Below, piece by piece: positions 55,824-64,000 of a stretch of 64,000 bases of DNA (position 1 is its first letter; each line of letters opens with the position of its first letter). Under the pieces are notes generated by a model, which saw only the letters and a program-made list of their open reading frames with translations, ran no database searches and was not told the DNA's origin. The DNA is from Anaerolineales bacterium (lineage in GTDB: Bacteria > Chloroflexota > Anaerolineae > Anaerolineales > UBA4823), in NCBI GenBank assembly GCA_003105035.1, contig PQAL01000037.1, positions 133,999 to 197,998 on the forward strand, read 5' to 3'. The position numbers and the translations under genes are program-made.

Positions 55824-57275
55824 ATGGGCGATGAGACAAACCAGGAGGGTTATTTATATGAACAAGTGGCGAACGAGCTGGCGCAGCTGATCAGGCTGGG
55901 TACCTTTCGCCCAGGCGAACGTATCCCGTCTGTCAGGCAGCTCAGCCGGCAACGCAAGATCAGCATCACCACCGTGCTGCAGGCCTACATGCTGCTGGAA
56001 GATCAGGGGTTGATCGAAACCCGACCCCAATCGGGATACTACGTGCGCTCCAGGTTGCCCGAGGAATTGCCTGAGCCGGAAACCTCCAACCCGGTGCAGG
56101 ACCCCACCCTGGTGAGCGTACGCGAGCTGGTGATGATGGTGCTTAAAGATTCCGTCAACCCCAACCTTATCCAGCTGGGGGCGGCCATCCCCAACACTGA
56201 AGTGGTGATCCCTCATAAGCTAAACCAGATCATGGCCAAGCTGCCACGCCAGGTGGAAAGTCAATATAATACTTACGACATCCCACCTGGGAATGAGGCT
56301 TTACGCATCCAGATTGCCCAACGTATGGTAGGAATCGGCTGCAACCTGACTCAGGCGGATGTGGTGACCACCTCCGGCTGTCTGGAAGCCTTCACGCTCA
56401 GCCTGCGGGCGGTGTGCAACCCGGGTGATACTGTGGCAATCGAGAGCCCAATGTATTTTGGAGTGCTGCAGGTGCTAGAGTCTTTAAAACTAAGGGCATT
56501 GGAAATCCCTACCCACCCGCGGGATGGTATCAGCCTGTCAGCCCTTCGCTTCGCCCTGGAGCATAATTCAATCCAGGCATGCCTGGTGCTCTCGAATTTT
56601 AACAACCCGCTCGGAAGCTGCATCCCCGATGAAAACAAGCAGCAGCTGGTGGAGTTATTACATCACCATGATGTGCCGCTCATCGAAGGGGACGTGTGTG
56701 GAGAGCTGTACTTCTCGGGAGTGCGACCGAGTGTATGCAAAGCTTACGACCGCAAGGGGCTTGTCCTGCTTTGCTCTTCATTCTCTAAGGATTTAGTGCC
56801 TGGCTACAGGGTAGGTTATGTCGCACCAGGCAGGTTCAAGTCGACGATCGAGTGGTTGAAATACACCACCAATGTGGCTACCTCCACTCTTCCGCAGGTG
56901 GCAATCGCCAAATTCCTAGAGTCAGGCGGCTACGAGCGCCACTTGCGCAGCATCCGCAGGCTGTATGCCGGGTTCATGTCGCAGCTCTCGCAAGCGGTGT
57001 TACGCTATTTTCCGGAGGGTACACGCGTTACCCGCCCGAACGGGGGGATCGTGCTGTGGGTGCAGATGCCCGATTATGCGGATTCGCTCGAGCTGTACAA
57101 GCAAGCCCTGCAGGTCGATATCACCCTGGCCCCAGGGTACATGTTTTCTGCTACGGAGCAGTACCGTAACTTCATCCGCTTGAACGCCGCTTGGTGGACC
57201 TATGAGACCGACCGGGCGATGCGCCGGTTAGGTGAATTGGTGGCAGAGCAAGGGGATCAGCGGAAGATAAACTAA
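55824..57275 (+). CDS. MocR/GabR-family regulator (GntR HTH + PLP aminotransferase domain)
   Basis: LYEQVA..PGERIPSVRQL..RPQSGYYV, NFNNPLG, SSFSKDLVPGYRVG. Confidence 0.93.
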   Translation: MGDETNQEGYLYEQVANELAQLIRLGTFRPGERIPSVRQLSRQRKISITTVLQAYMLLEDQGLIETRPQSGYYVRSRLPEELPEPETSNPVQDPTLVSVRELVMMVLKDSVNPNLIQLGAAIPNTEVVIPHKLNQIMAKLPRQVESQYNTYDIPPGNEALRIQIAQRMVGIGCNLTQADVVTTSGCLEAFTLSLRAVCNPGDTVAIESPMYFGVLQVLESLKLRALEIPTHPRDGISLSALRFALEHNSIQACLVLSNFNNPLGSCIPDENKQQLVELLHHHDVPLIEGDVCGELYFSGVRPSVCKAYDRKGLVLLCSSFSKDLVPGYRVGYVAPGRFKSTIEWLKYTTNVATSTLPQVAIAKFLESGGYERHLRSIRRLYAGFMSQLSQAVLRYFPEGTRVTRPNGGIVLWVQMPDYADSLELYKQALQVDITLAPGYMFSATEQYRNFIRLNAAWWTYETDRAMRRLGELVAEQGDQRKIN

Positions 57276-57583
57276 CCCCAGAGGCATACAGATGAACGCA
57301 GATGAGACCGTGTTTAGATTTCTTTCCATTTCATAGGTGTGCTGAGGGATGATGGAAATGGTAAATAGTATTCACGTGGGCGTGTAAGTAGTAAACACTC
57401 AGCTCGTTGAGATGTCTCGTTTACCCAAAGCGAGATTCTATTTTATTGATGCCGGAAAATCGTCCACGAATGAGCTCACAAATTCGCGAATAGTAGATTA
57501 ATTGCCATACGAATAACTAGAAATTTAAATCAAAGGATTGGTTAAAGATAAACCCAGGATACATAGATCATTTGCTACAGAGA

Positions 57584-57979
57584 TTAAGGCAGGCGGGCTT
57601 CGGGAAGGATGGGTTCGAACAGCTCGACCGGATTTCCGGATGGATCTTCCAGCAGAACCTGCTTACCACCCGTGCCAATCACGATGTCACCGCGGAAGCG
57701 CACTCCTTTTTCGCGCAAATTCTCAACCAGTGCTGCCAGGTCATTGACCTCGATCGAGAAGCGGTTCCAGCCACCTGGTGCCTGTTGCGTGCCATCGGGC
57801 ATGGGGGCACCGCCGCCACTCCCCGGTGTATTAGGCACGTTGAGTGCCAGCCGCAAGTCACCACGGGTGAGCATCGCAAAACCAGGCGAAGGGTGCATGA
57901 CCAGCTCAAAACCGAGCAGCTTCGCATAAAAGTCAATCGCTACAGCAGTATCTGTGACAATATAACGGACCAGGACTAT
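57584..57979 (-). CDS. VOC/glyoxalase-family protein with apparent ATA start
   Basis: In-frame upstream extension IVLVRYIVTDTAVAIDFYAKLLGFELVMHP after RBS AAAGGAGA. C-terminal GGKQVLLEDPSGNPVELF. Confidence 0.8.
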   Translation of the reverse strand: MVLVRYIVTDTAVAIDFYAKLLGFELVMHPSPGFAMLTRGDLRLALNVPNTPGSGGGAPMPDGTQQAPGGWNRFSIEVNDLAALVENLREKGVRFRGDIVIGTGGKQVLLEDPSGNPVELFEPILPEARLP

Positions 57980-58151
57980 GATGTCTCCTTTCTAGACCGA
58001 ACATCCAGGAGCAACAGATTTACAAGCATGCAAATGAGCTGACTGGATCGGTCATCTCCCCACTTCAAGCCATTATTATACCGCCAGTATTGGGTGAAAC
58101 ATCGAGAATAGGCCCAGGGTTATAGCAGCCAGGCTACTTCAATTGCGTGGG

Positions 58152-58502
58152 TTAACGGGTGCGTGAATCCTGCCAGATGAGCTGCTCGTTCGTCCTCACA
58201 GAATAGAAATCGGGGCACTTGCCATCCCCTGTTCCGGTAATCCCACCATCAGGCGCACACAGCACGCTGCCATTGTTATCATAGACCACGCTGAAGATAT
58301 CACAGCAATGGGCGGGGACGAAGTACACGGGCTGCCCATTGTAATCATAGAGCCAGATGGACAAGGGCGGGTTAGCAACCGGGTCGCTTTGATATTGCTT
58401 GATTAACTTATCCACCCAGGCGGGGTTAGCGGTTGAAGTTGGCTGCGAACAGCTCGCTAGCAGAATCATTGCAATAAAAAGTACCAATATATAAGGTCGC
58501 AT
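58152..58502 (-). CDS. Small lipoprotein (DUF6970-like)
   Basis: Lipobox LLASC, YNGQPVYFVPAHCCD..LCAPDGGITGTGDGKCPDF. Confidence 0.7.
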   Translation of the reverse strand: MRPYILVLFIAMILLASCSQPTSTANPAWVDKLIKQYQSDPVANPPLSIWLYDYNGQPVYFVPAHCCDIFSVVYDNNGSVLCAPDGGITGTGDGKCPDFYSVRTNEQLIWQDSRTR

Positions 58503-58596
58503 AGATACACCTGAATACATCATCAATGTGTGGCTGAAATCATCATCTCACTCCCCTGACGCATCACCAGGAAATATTGTTCCCCAAAGATGTTCT

Positions 58597-60102
58597 TTAG
58601 GGTGTCCAGAGCACCTGGAAAACGCTATCTTCCACGCTGCTCATTTGATGAGGGGCAAAATCAGGATAGGTTGCAGCGTAGATTGATCCATTCGAAAGGG
58701 CAATTAGCAGCGTTTTCCCTTCCACAGGATCCCAAATCAACTCGTCGATCTTACCACCCATGATGGTCCGCCAGTCTTTGCCCGGAACTCGGCTCATTAC
58801 CCGTCCCTGGAAGTTTTCGATCACCTCCCAGGCTTGATAGCCTTGTTTGGAAATCGCTGGCTTAAAAGATTTATCATATACCGGCGATGCATAATACATC
58901 TGCCCATCGACTGAAAACAAGCCTTCGGGATAGGCATCGAAAATCCCGCTTTCTGGCATCCATTCTACTGTCCAGGCTTTGATATCATGAAGCTTGATCG
59001 GATCAGCCTGCCCAGACGGAAGAATGAAAACGCCTGCCCCAAGTGAATCCGGGCATCCCACGTCACTTGAGAACAAGATTGCCCCATTCACCGGAGAGCG
59101 AGCAATGTAGTGGTAAAAACTGGCCTCCATCAATTGGGAAACTTCCCCGGATATGATATCAACGGTGTGCAGGTTCTCGGAGGAGCACTCACCGGAATCA
59201 TATGTGATGTAATGGGTGTCGTCCTCCCAGCCCAGGAAATGCGGGTTGCTGCCCTTATTCACAGGCAGGGTGATGATCTCACCATCGCTAGCACGCACAG
59301 CCCAAACCCCATCGAGGTAGTTGGCACCGCCAATGGCACCCCCGAAAGGCGGCCGCCAGCTCACACCAAAATGCAGGATATATTGCCCATCCGGTGACCA
59401 GACCGGTAATACCGCCTGTGCTGGGCCCGAAGTGAGCTGAGTGATTTTCTTTGTTACGGTATCGTATAAGTATAAATCGGAGGTGGGCCCTTCGATGGCA
59501 CCAGTGAATGCCAGAAAACGACCATCAGGAGGCTGCCAGGCGATGCTCCCATAGTCGCGGATAGCATATAAGGCGAAAGAGTTAGGGCTGATGGGATCAT
59601 AAATCCCCTCGGACGCATCTAGCAAGTGGACAATGGTCTCGCTTTCCCCACTGGGGATTTCTACCATAACCAGGTCCAGTCCTCCCTCATTGTTGACCAC
59701 CATAGCCAGGCGGTCTCCGTTGGGCGAGACCATCGGGTGCAGGTCGAGGTTGCTGGTCATATCGTAATCTAGCAAACGTGTGGCGAAGCTGCCATCTGGA
59801 TTGGTGATCCATATACCACTGTGGGCAGCGAACATGACATACGGACCGCTGGGGTTCAACCCTTGAGGCGCAGGCGTATCAGTCGGGGTAGGAGACGCGG
59901 ATGTCTCTGTAGCTGTGGGCAGGATAGGCGTTTCGGTAATGGCAACCTGCGTTGCGGTTAGGGCTGGCTTGGTTGGCAGCACTTGCTCTCGCGTTACAGG
60001 CCCTGGGGTAGCGTTCGCGATAGCTGTCGTCGGTTGCATCTTGCAGGCGGAGAGCACAAGCAGGATAAACATCAGCATCGTAATAATTTTACACTTATAC
60101 AT
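58597..60102 (-). CDS. Lipoprotein with TolB-like beta-propeller
   Basis: Lipobox LSAC, Thr/Pro linker, VSPNG / WQPPDG / WSPDG repeats. Confidence 0.72.
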   Translation of the reverse strand: MYKCKIITMLMFILLVLSACKMQPTTAIANATPGPVTREQVLPTKPALTATQVAITETPILPTATETSASPTPTDTPAPQGLNPSGPYVMFAAHSGIWITNPDGSFATRLLDYDMTSNLDLHPMVSPNGDRLAMVVNNEGGLDLVMVEIPSGESETIVHLLDASEGIYDPISPNSFALYAIRDYGSIAWQPPDGRFLAFTGAIEGPTSDLYLYDTVTKKITQLTSGPAQAVLPVWSPDGQYILHFGVSWRPPFGGAIGGANYLDGVWAVRASDGEIITLPVNKGSNPHFLGWEDDTHYITYDSGECSSENLHTVDIISGEVSQLMEASFYHYIARSPVNGAILFSSDVGCPDSLGAGVFILPSGQADPIKLHDIKAWTVEWMPESGIFDAYPEGLFSVDGQMYYASPVYDKSFKPAISKQGYQAWEVIENFQGRVMSRVPGKDWRTIMGGKIDELIWDPVEGKTLLIALSNGSIYAATYPDFAPHQMSSVEDSVFQVLWTP

Positions 60103-60227
60103 ATACATCCTCCCATTGGTGCATCGCCAGGAATCCATGGTATAAGAGCCGCTTCAGCGTGATCATCCCACAGCCATCCGAGCTCCAGCTAGCTGAGCAG
60201 CAAATACAGGATATTCGGCCTATCCTT

Positions 60228-60644
60228 CTATAGTTTTTTCACCAAGTAATAGCGCTGATGGCCCGGTGGAAAATCTTCCAGTGTGCCAAACACCTGGTAG
60301 CCATTTTTCTTGTAAAATTCAGGAGCTTGAAAGCTAAATGTGTCGAGGTAAGCGTGGGTAGCACCGCGCTTACGCCCTTCCTCCTCTGCGGCGCGCAGCA
60401 GCTGCCAGCCAAAACCTTGTCCTCGCAGTGCTTCCGGGAGCCACATGAGGTTAATAAATAACCAATCCCAGTGGGTCTCGCCAATCACCCCTCCCAGGAT
60501 CGTTTGGTCAGGCCCAAACAAGGCGAAACATAATGACCTCCCGTGACCGTTTCCAGCTTCTTGGTTGTTATAGTTGGCGAGGCCCCCGCCGATAATTTCC
60601 CAGGCGGGCTCTTGAAGGTATTCAATGCGATATTCATCATCCAT
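60228..60644 (-). CDS. GNAT N-acetyltransferase
   Basis: LWxPEALRGQGFG-like motif, LDTFSFQAPEFYKKNGY. Confidence 0.9.
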   Translation of the reverse strand: MDDEYRIEYLQEPAWEIIGGGLANYNNQEAGNGHGRSLCFALFGPDQTILGGVIGETHWDWLFINLMWLPEALRGQGFGWQLLRAAEEEGRKRGATHAYLDTFSFQAPEFYKKNGYQVFGTLEDFPPGHQRYYLVKKL

Positions 60645-60846
60645 GTAGACACATCCTATTATCTTGAAGAATTAGCCAGCAAAGAAAATCGGTTGAGGAA
60701 AAATTATTTTACGGACTAAGGTTTTTCTGTCATTGATTTTACAGCGGATATACTAAAATGATAATGTAATTCACCATATCACGCGGCATGAAAACCGAGA
60801 AGCAGAAACGCGTGCCAAAAATATTTATTGGGCTAAACAGCAAGGG

Positions 60847-60874
60847 TCAAAATCATCCCGATCGATGATTTTGA
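60847..60874 (+). terminator. Hairpin in the leader upstream of HMG-CoA reductase
   Basis: TCAAAATCATC / GATGATTTTGA 11-bp stem followed by TAGTTTTT. Confidence 0.45.
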
Positions 60875-60922
60875 TAGTTTTTGCCAGAATGGTAAGATAG
60901 ACTCATTCTGATAGGTAAAAAA

Positions 60923-62221
60923 ATGCCAACATCCAAAAAAAGTTCACGCATTCCTGGTTTTTATAACATGAGCCTGGAGCAACGTCTGGCTGAGCTCGCC
61001 CGGAATGGGGATCTCAACAATGAAGACCTCGCCATACTTAGCGGGCAGGCAGGCTTGAAGGTGGAGCAAGCCGACCACATGATCGAAAACGTGGTAGGCA
61101 TCCACGCGCTGCCATTGGGGATTGCGCTTAATTTCATTGTCAATGGGCGGGAGGTGCTGGTGCCCATGGCGATCGAGGAGCCATCGGTGGTAGCGGGGGC
61201 GTCGTTCATGGCGAAATTGGCACGCGCAGGAGGTGGCTTCGCTGCCCAGGCCGACCCACCGGAGATGATCGGCCAGGTGCAGCTGATCTGCCTCACTGAC
61301 CTGGCAGCTGCCAGAGAGGCCATCCTGGAGCAAAAAGCACACCTGCTGGCAGAGCTTACCGAGCTCGACCCAGTAATCAAGCGCCTGGGGGGTGGGCCGC
61401 GCGACCTGGAAGTGAGAACCATCGATAATTCAGCCATCGGGGCGTTCCTGTTAGTGCACCTCATCTACGATGTGCGCGATGCCATGGGCGCCAATGCGGT
61501 CAATACGGCAGTAGAGAGCCTGGCGCCACAGCTGGAAAATATCACCGGCGGCAAAGCCCACCTGCGTATCCTGTCCAACCTGGCAGATCACCGTCTGGCA
61601 CGCGCCAGCTGCACCATCCCACTCAATGAGCTGGCTTTCGATGGCTATCCCGCCGAAGAAGTGCGCGATGGCGTCATTTCGGCCTGGGCTTTTGCCCAGG
61701 CAGACCCTTACAGGGCAGCCACGCATAACAAGGGCATCATGAACGGGATCGATCCGGTCGTGATTGCCACAGGCAACGATTGGCGTGCCATTGAAGCGGG
61801 GGCGCATGCCTATGCGGCTCGCTTTGGCCGTTATACCTCGCTGTCCACCTGGGGGCAGGACAGGGATGGCAACCTGACCGGCAGCCTGGAAATGCCTTTG
61901 GCAGTCGGCATCGTGGGCGGGGCAACCCGGGTGCATCCCGTGGCGCGTGTCGCGCTGAAACTTATGGGTGTAAAAACTGCGACGGAATTAGCTGAGATCA
62001 TTGCTTCCGTGGGGCTAGCCCAAAACCTGGCTGCCCTGCGCGCACTGTCTACGGAGGGCATCCAGCGCGGGCACATGGGACTGCATGCCCGCCAGGTGGC
62101 CATTGCAGCGGGTGCACAGGGTGAGCAGGTCGAACGGCTGGCTGCCCAGATGGTGGCTGAAAAGACCGTCCGCATTGACCGGGCGAGCCAAATCCTGACA
62201 GAGTGGAACGAGAAGACATAA
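60923..62221 (+). CDS. mvaA: Hydroxymethylglutaryl-CoA reductase, class II
   Basis: MIENVVG, PMAIEEPSVVA, DAMGANAVN, ILSNL, ATHNKGIMNG, GIQRGHM. Confidence 0.95.
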   Translation: MPTSKKSSRIPGFYNMSLEQRLAELARNGDLNNEDLAILSGQAGLKVEQADHMIENVVGIHALPLGIALNFIVNGREVLVPMAIEEPSVVAGASFMAKLARAGGGFAAQADPPEMIGQVQLICLTDLAAAREAILEQKAHLLAELTELDPVIKRLGGGPRDLEVRTIDNSAIGAFLLVHLIYDVRDAMGANAVNTAVESLAPQLENITGGKAHLRILSNLADHRLARASCTIPLNELAFDGYPAEEVRDGVISAWAFAQADPYRAATHNKGIMNGIDPVVIATGNDWRAIEAGAHAYAARFGRYTSLSTWGQDRDGNLTGSLEMPLAVGIVGGATRVHPVARVALKLMGVKTATELAEIIASVGLAQNLAALRALSTEGIQRGHMGLHARQVAIAAGAQGEQVERLAAQMVAEKTVRIDRASQILTEWNEKT

Positions 62222-62245
62222 ACGATCTCGATAGGTCATTTGGTG

Positions 62246-62612
62246 ATGAATAAATATTTACCCTGGGTGTGTTTGGTAATGGCTTTTTGTGGAGGCGTCT
62301 TCGCTGGCTGGGTGGATTTCAACAACGACGAACCCCTGGCGACCGTGATGGTGATCCTGGTGGTGACCTTCCTGCTGGGAATGCTCCTGCCCAAAAAAAG
62401 CCTGGCTATGGGCAGTGATGGTTGCGGTGTGCGTTCCAGGGGTATACCTGTTCGCCCGCAGCCAGGGTTACCAACCCATCAGCCCGCCCAGCCCGGGATG
62501 GTACGCTTCGCTGTTGGCCATTATCCCTGCCCTGATGGGTGCTTACGCAGGTGCCATTGGGCGGGCGATCCTTAACCAGACCCTGGCAAAACATGAGCCT
62601 GGTCAGAAATGA
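62246..62612 (+). pseudogene. Membrane protein gene split by a +1 frameshift in an A7 run
   Basis: Removing one A from 62393-62399 joins the two ORFs into one continuous hydrophobic protein (..LLPKKAWLWAVMVAVCVPG..). Confidence 0.7.
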
Positions 62613-62710
62613 TATACTTCATTGCTAAAATGTGAATGCCACGCTCCGTGAAGGCACCGCAACACAGAAATACCACCCATGGAGCAGGTGACGAGAAAGA
62701 AGCAAACGAT

Positions 62711-63793
62711 ATGGACCTGACACAATCAAATTTACGACCCAGACTGTTGAAACCCAACCTCCCGGTGGGGATCATCGGCTATGGAGCCTATGTACCGCGT
62801 TACCGGCTACCGGCAAAAGAAGTCGCTCGCATCTGGACGGATGGAGCGGGTGGCCTACCCATCAAGGAGAAAGCGGTGCCCGGGCTGGATGAAGATGTGG
62901 CTACCATGTCTATTGAAGCGGCGCGCAACGCCATGTCACGCGCCGGCATTCACCCGGAGGATATCCGAGCAGTGTGGGTGGGATCGGAATCGCACCCTTA
63001 TGCGGTCAAACCCACCTCGACCCTCGTAGCCGAGGCTATTGGGGCAGTACCCTATGTGCAGGCAGCCGATTGGGAGTTTGCCTGCAAGGCTGGCACGGAA
63101 GCCATGGTGGCGGCGATCGGTTTTGTGGGCAGCGGGATGGCCCACTATGCCATGGCGATCGGGATGGACACAGCCCAGGGCCGCCCAGGCGATGCGCTTG
63201 AATATACCGCCGGCGCGGGTGGAGCAGCCTATCTGCTCAGCCCGGCCGAAGAAGCCCTGGCAATATTTGAAGGCTCATATTCCTATGTGACCGATACCCC
63301 TGACTTTTGGCGTAGGGAATATCAAAGATACCCCGAGCATGGACAGCGTTTCACCGGTGAGCCGGCTTACTTCAAGCATATCGTTGAAGCTGCCCAGGCA
63401 TTGATGGAAGGCACCAATACCACCGCCAAGGACTACACCTGGGCAGTTTTCCACCAGCCTAATGCCAAATTTCCGCAGCGCGTGGCTGCCCAGCTGGGGT
63501 TCACCAAGGAACAGATCACCCCAGGGCTGCTGGTACCGGTGATCGGTAACACCTATGCCGGGGCAGCCTTGATCGGCCTGACGGGTATCCTGGATGTGGC
63601 TGAGCCGGGAGACCGTATCCTGATGGTTTCCTTTGGTTCGGGAGCCGGCTCCGATGCGTTTGCCATCCGGGTGACCGAGGCGATTCGCGAGCGGCGCGAT
63701 CGAGCCCCAAAGACCCAGGACTATATCGCCAGGCGCACCGAGATCGACTACGGTACATACGTGCGCTACCGCGGCAAGCTGGCCATGAAATAA
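62711..63793 (+). CDS. Hydroxymethylglutaryl-CoA synthase, archaeal type
   Basis: [58 protein letters not shown]. Confidence 0.92.
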   Translation: MDLTQSNLRPRLLKPNLPVGIIGYGAYVPRYRLPAKEVARIWTDGAGGLPIKEKAVPGLDEDVATMSIEAARNAMSRAGIHPEDIRAVWVGSESHPYAVKPTSTLVAEAIGAVPYVQAADWEFACKAGTEAMVAAIGFVGSGMAHYAMAIGMDTAQGRPGDALEYTAGAGGAAYLLSPAEEALAIFEGSYSYVTDTPDFWRREYQRYPEHGQRFTGEPAYFKHIVEAAQALMEGTNTTAKDYTWAVFHQPNAKFPQRVAAQLGFTKEQITPGLLVPVIGNTYAGAALIGLTGILDVAEPGDRILMVSFGSGAGSDAFAIRVTEAIRERRDRAPKTQDYIARRTEIDYGTYVRYRGKLAMK

Positions 63794-63809
63794 CCGGGGG
63801 GAAGCAACC

Positions 63810-64000
63810 ATGAGTGATGTTGTCATTGTGGGTCTCGGCCAGACGGATGTTGGAGAGCATTACGGTATCTCCTTGCGTGACCTGGCCTTATTAGCCATTG
63901 AACCGGCTCTGCAGGATGCAGGAGGTCTGAAACCCGATATCCTCTTCGTGGGGAACATGATCGCTCCGGCTGCCTCCCATCAGGCACACTTGGGTGCGCT
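63810..64000 (+). CDS. Acetyl-CoA acetyltransferase (archaeal-type thiolase), partial
   Basis: MSDVVIVGLGQTDVGEHYGISLRDLALLAIEPALQDAG..LFVGNM. Follows HMG-CoA synthase and runs off the window end. Confidence 0.8.
   Translation, partial: MSDVVIVGLGQTDVGEHYGISLRDLALLAIEPALQDAGGLKPDILFVGNMIAPAASHQAHLGA

Noticed and set aside
57572-58042. 156-aa plus-strand ORF and similar long antisense ORFs throughout the window
   Set aside because: Shadow ORFs opposite well-supported genes in GC-rich sequence, with no motifs or RBS support.

Overview
Bacterial chromosomal window, most likely Chloroflexota (Anaerolineae-like). This is inferred from the fused GlyQS, the archaeal-type HMG-CoA synthase/thiolase and the DnaA_N-containing Rep. 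Bases 1-13769 are the right part of a mobile element integrated at the 3' end of tRNA-Ser(CGA) (13770-13857, minus strand). Its backbone is xis, a DnaA-domain-I-containing replication initiator with internal iteron-like repeats, ParA plus a ribbon-helix-helix partner with a parS-like repeat array, and a tyrosine recombinase. Its defence cargo is a type III restriction-modification system, an XRE/ImmA-peptidase + PIN + YjzC module and, most notably, a short prokaryotic Argonaute. The Argonaute partner is a three-domain SMEK(nuclease-like)-TIR-APAZ protein, i.e. a SPARTA variant with an extra N-terminal effector and a partly eroded TIR site. The remaining ~50 kb is host backbone: RNases, split glutamine-dependent NAD synthetase, GlyQS, MsrPQ, MFS transporters, GNATs, a DosS-like kinase, MocR, and the start of a mevalonate operon. 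Oddities there include a DEDDh exonuclease coupled to an uncharacterised Pol-beta-type nucleotidyltransferase, a dif-like 28-mer, a MarR-linked ComA/PrpD cluster, a degenerate Lgt paralogue, an ATA-start VOC gene and an A7 frameshift. All family calls come from motif recognition by eye; no database searches were run.
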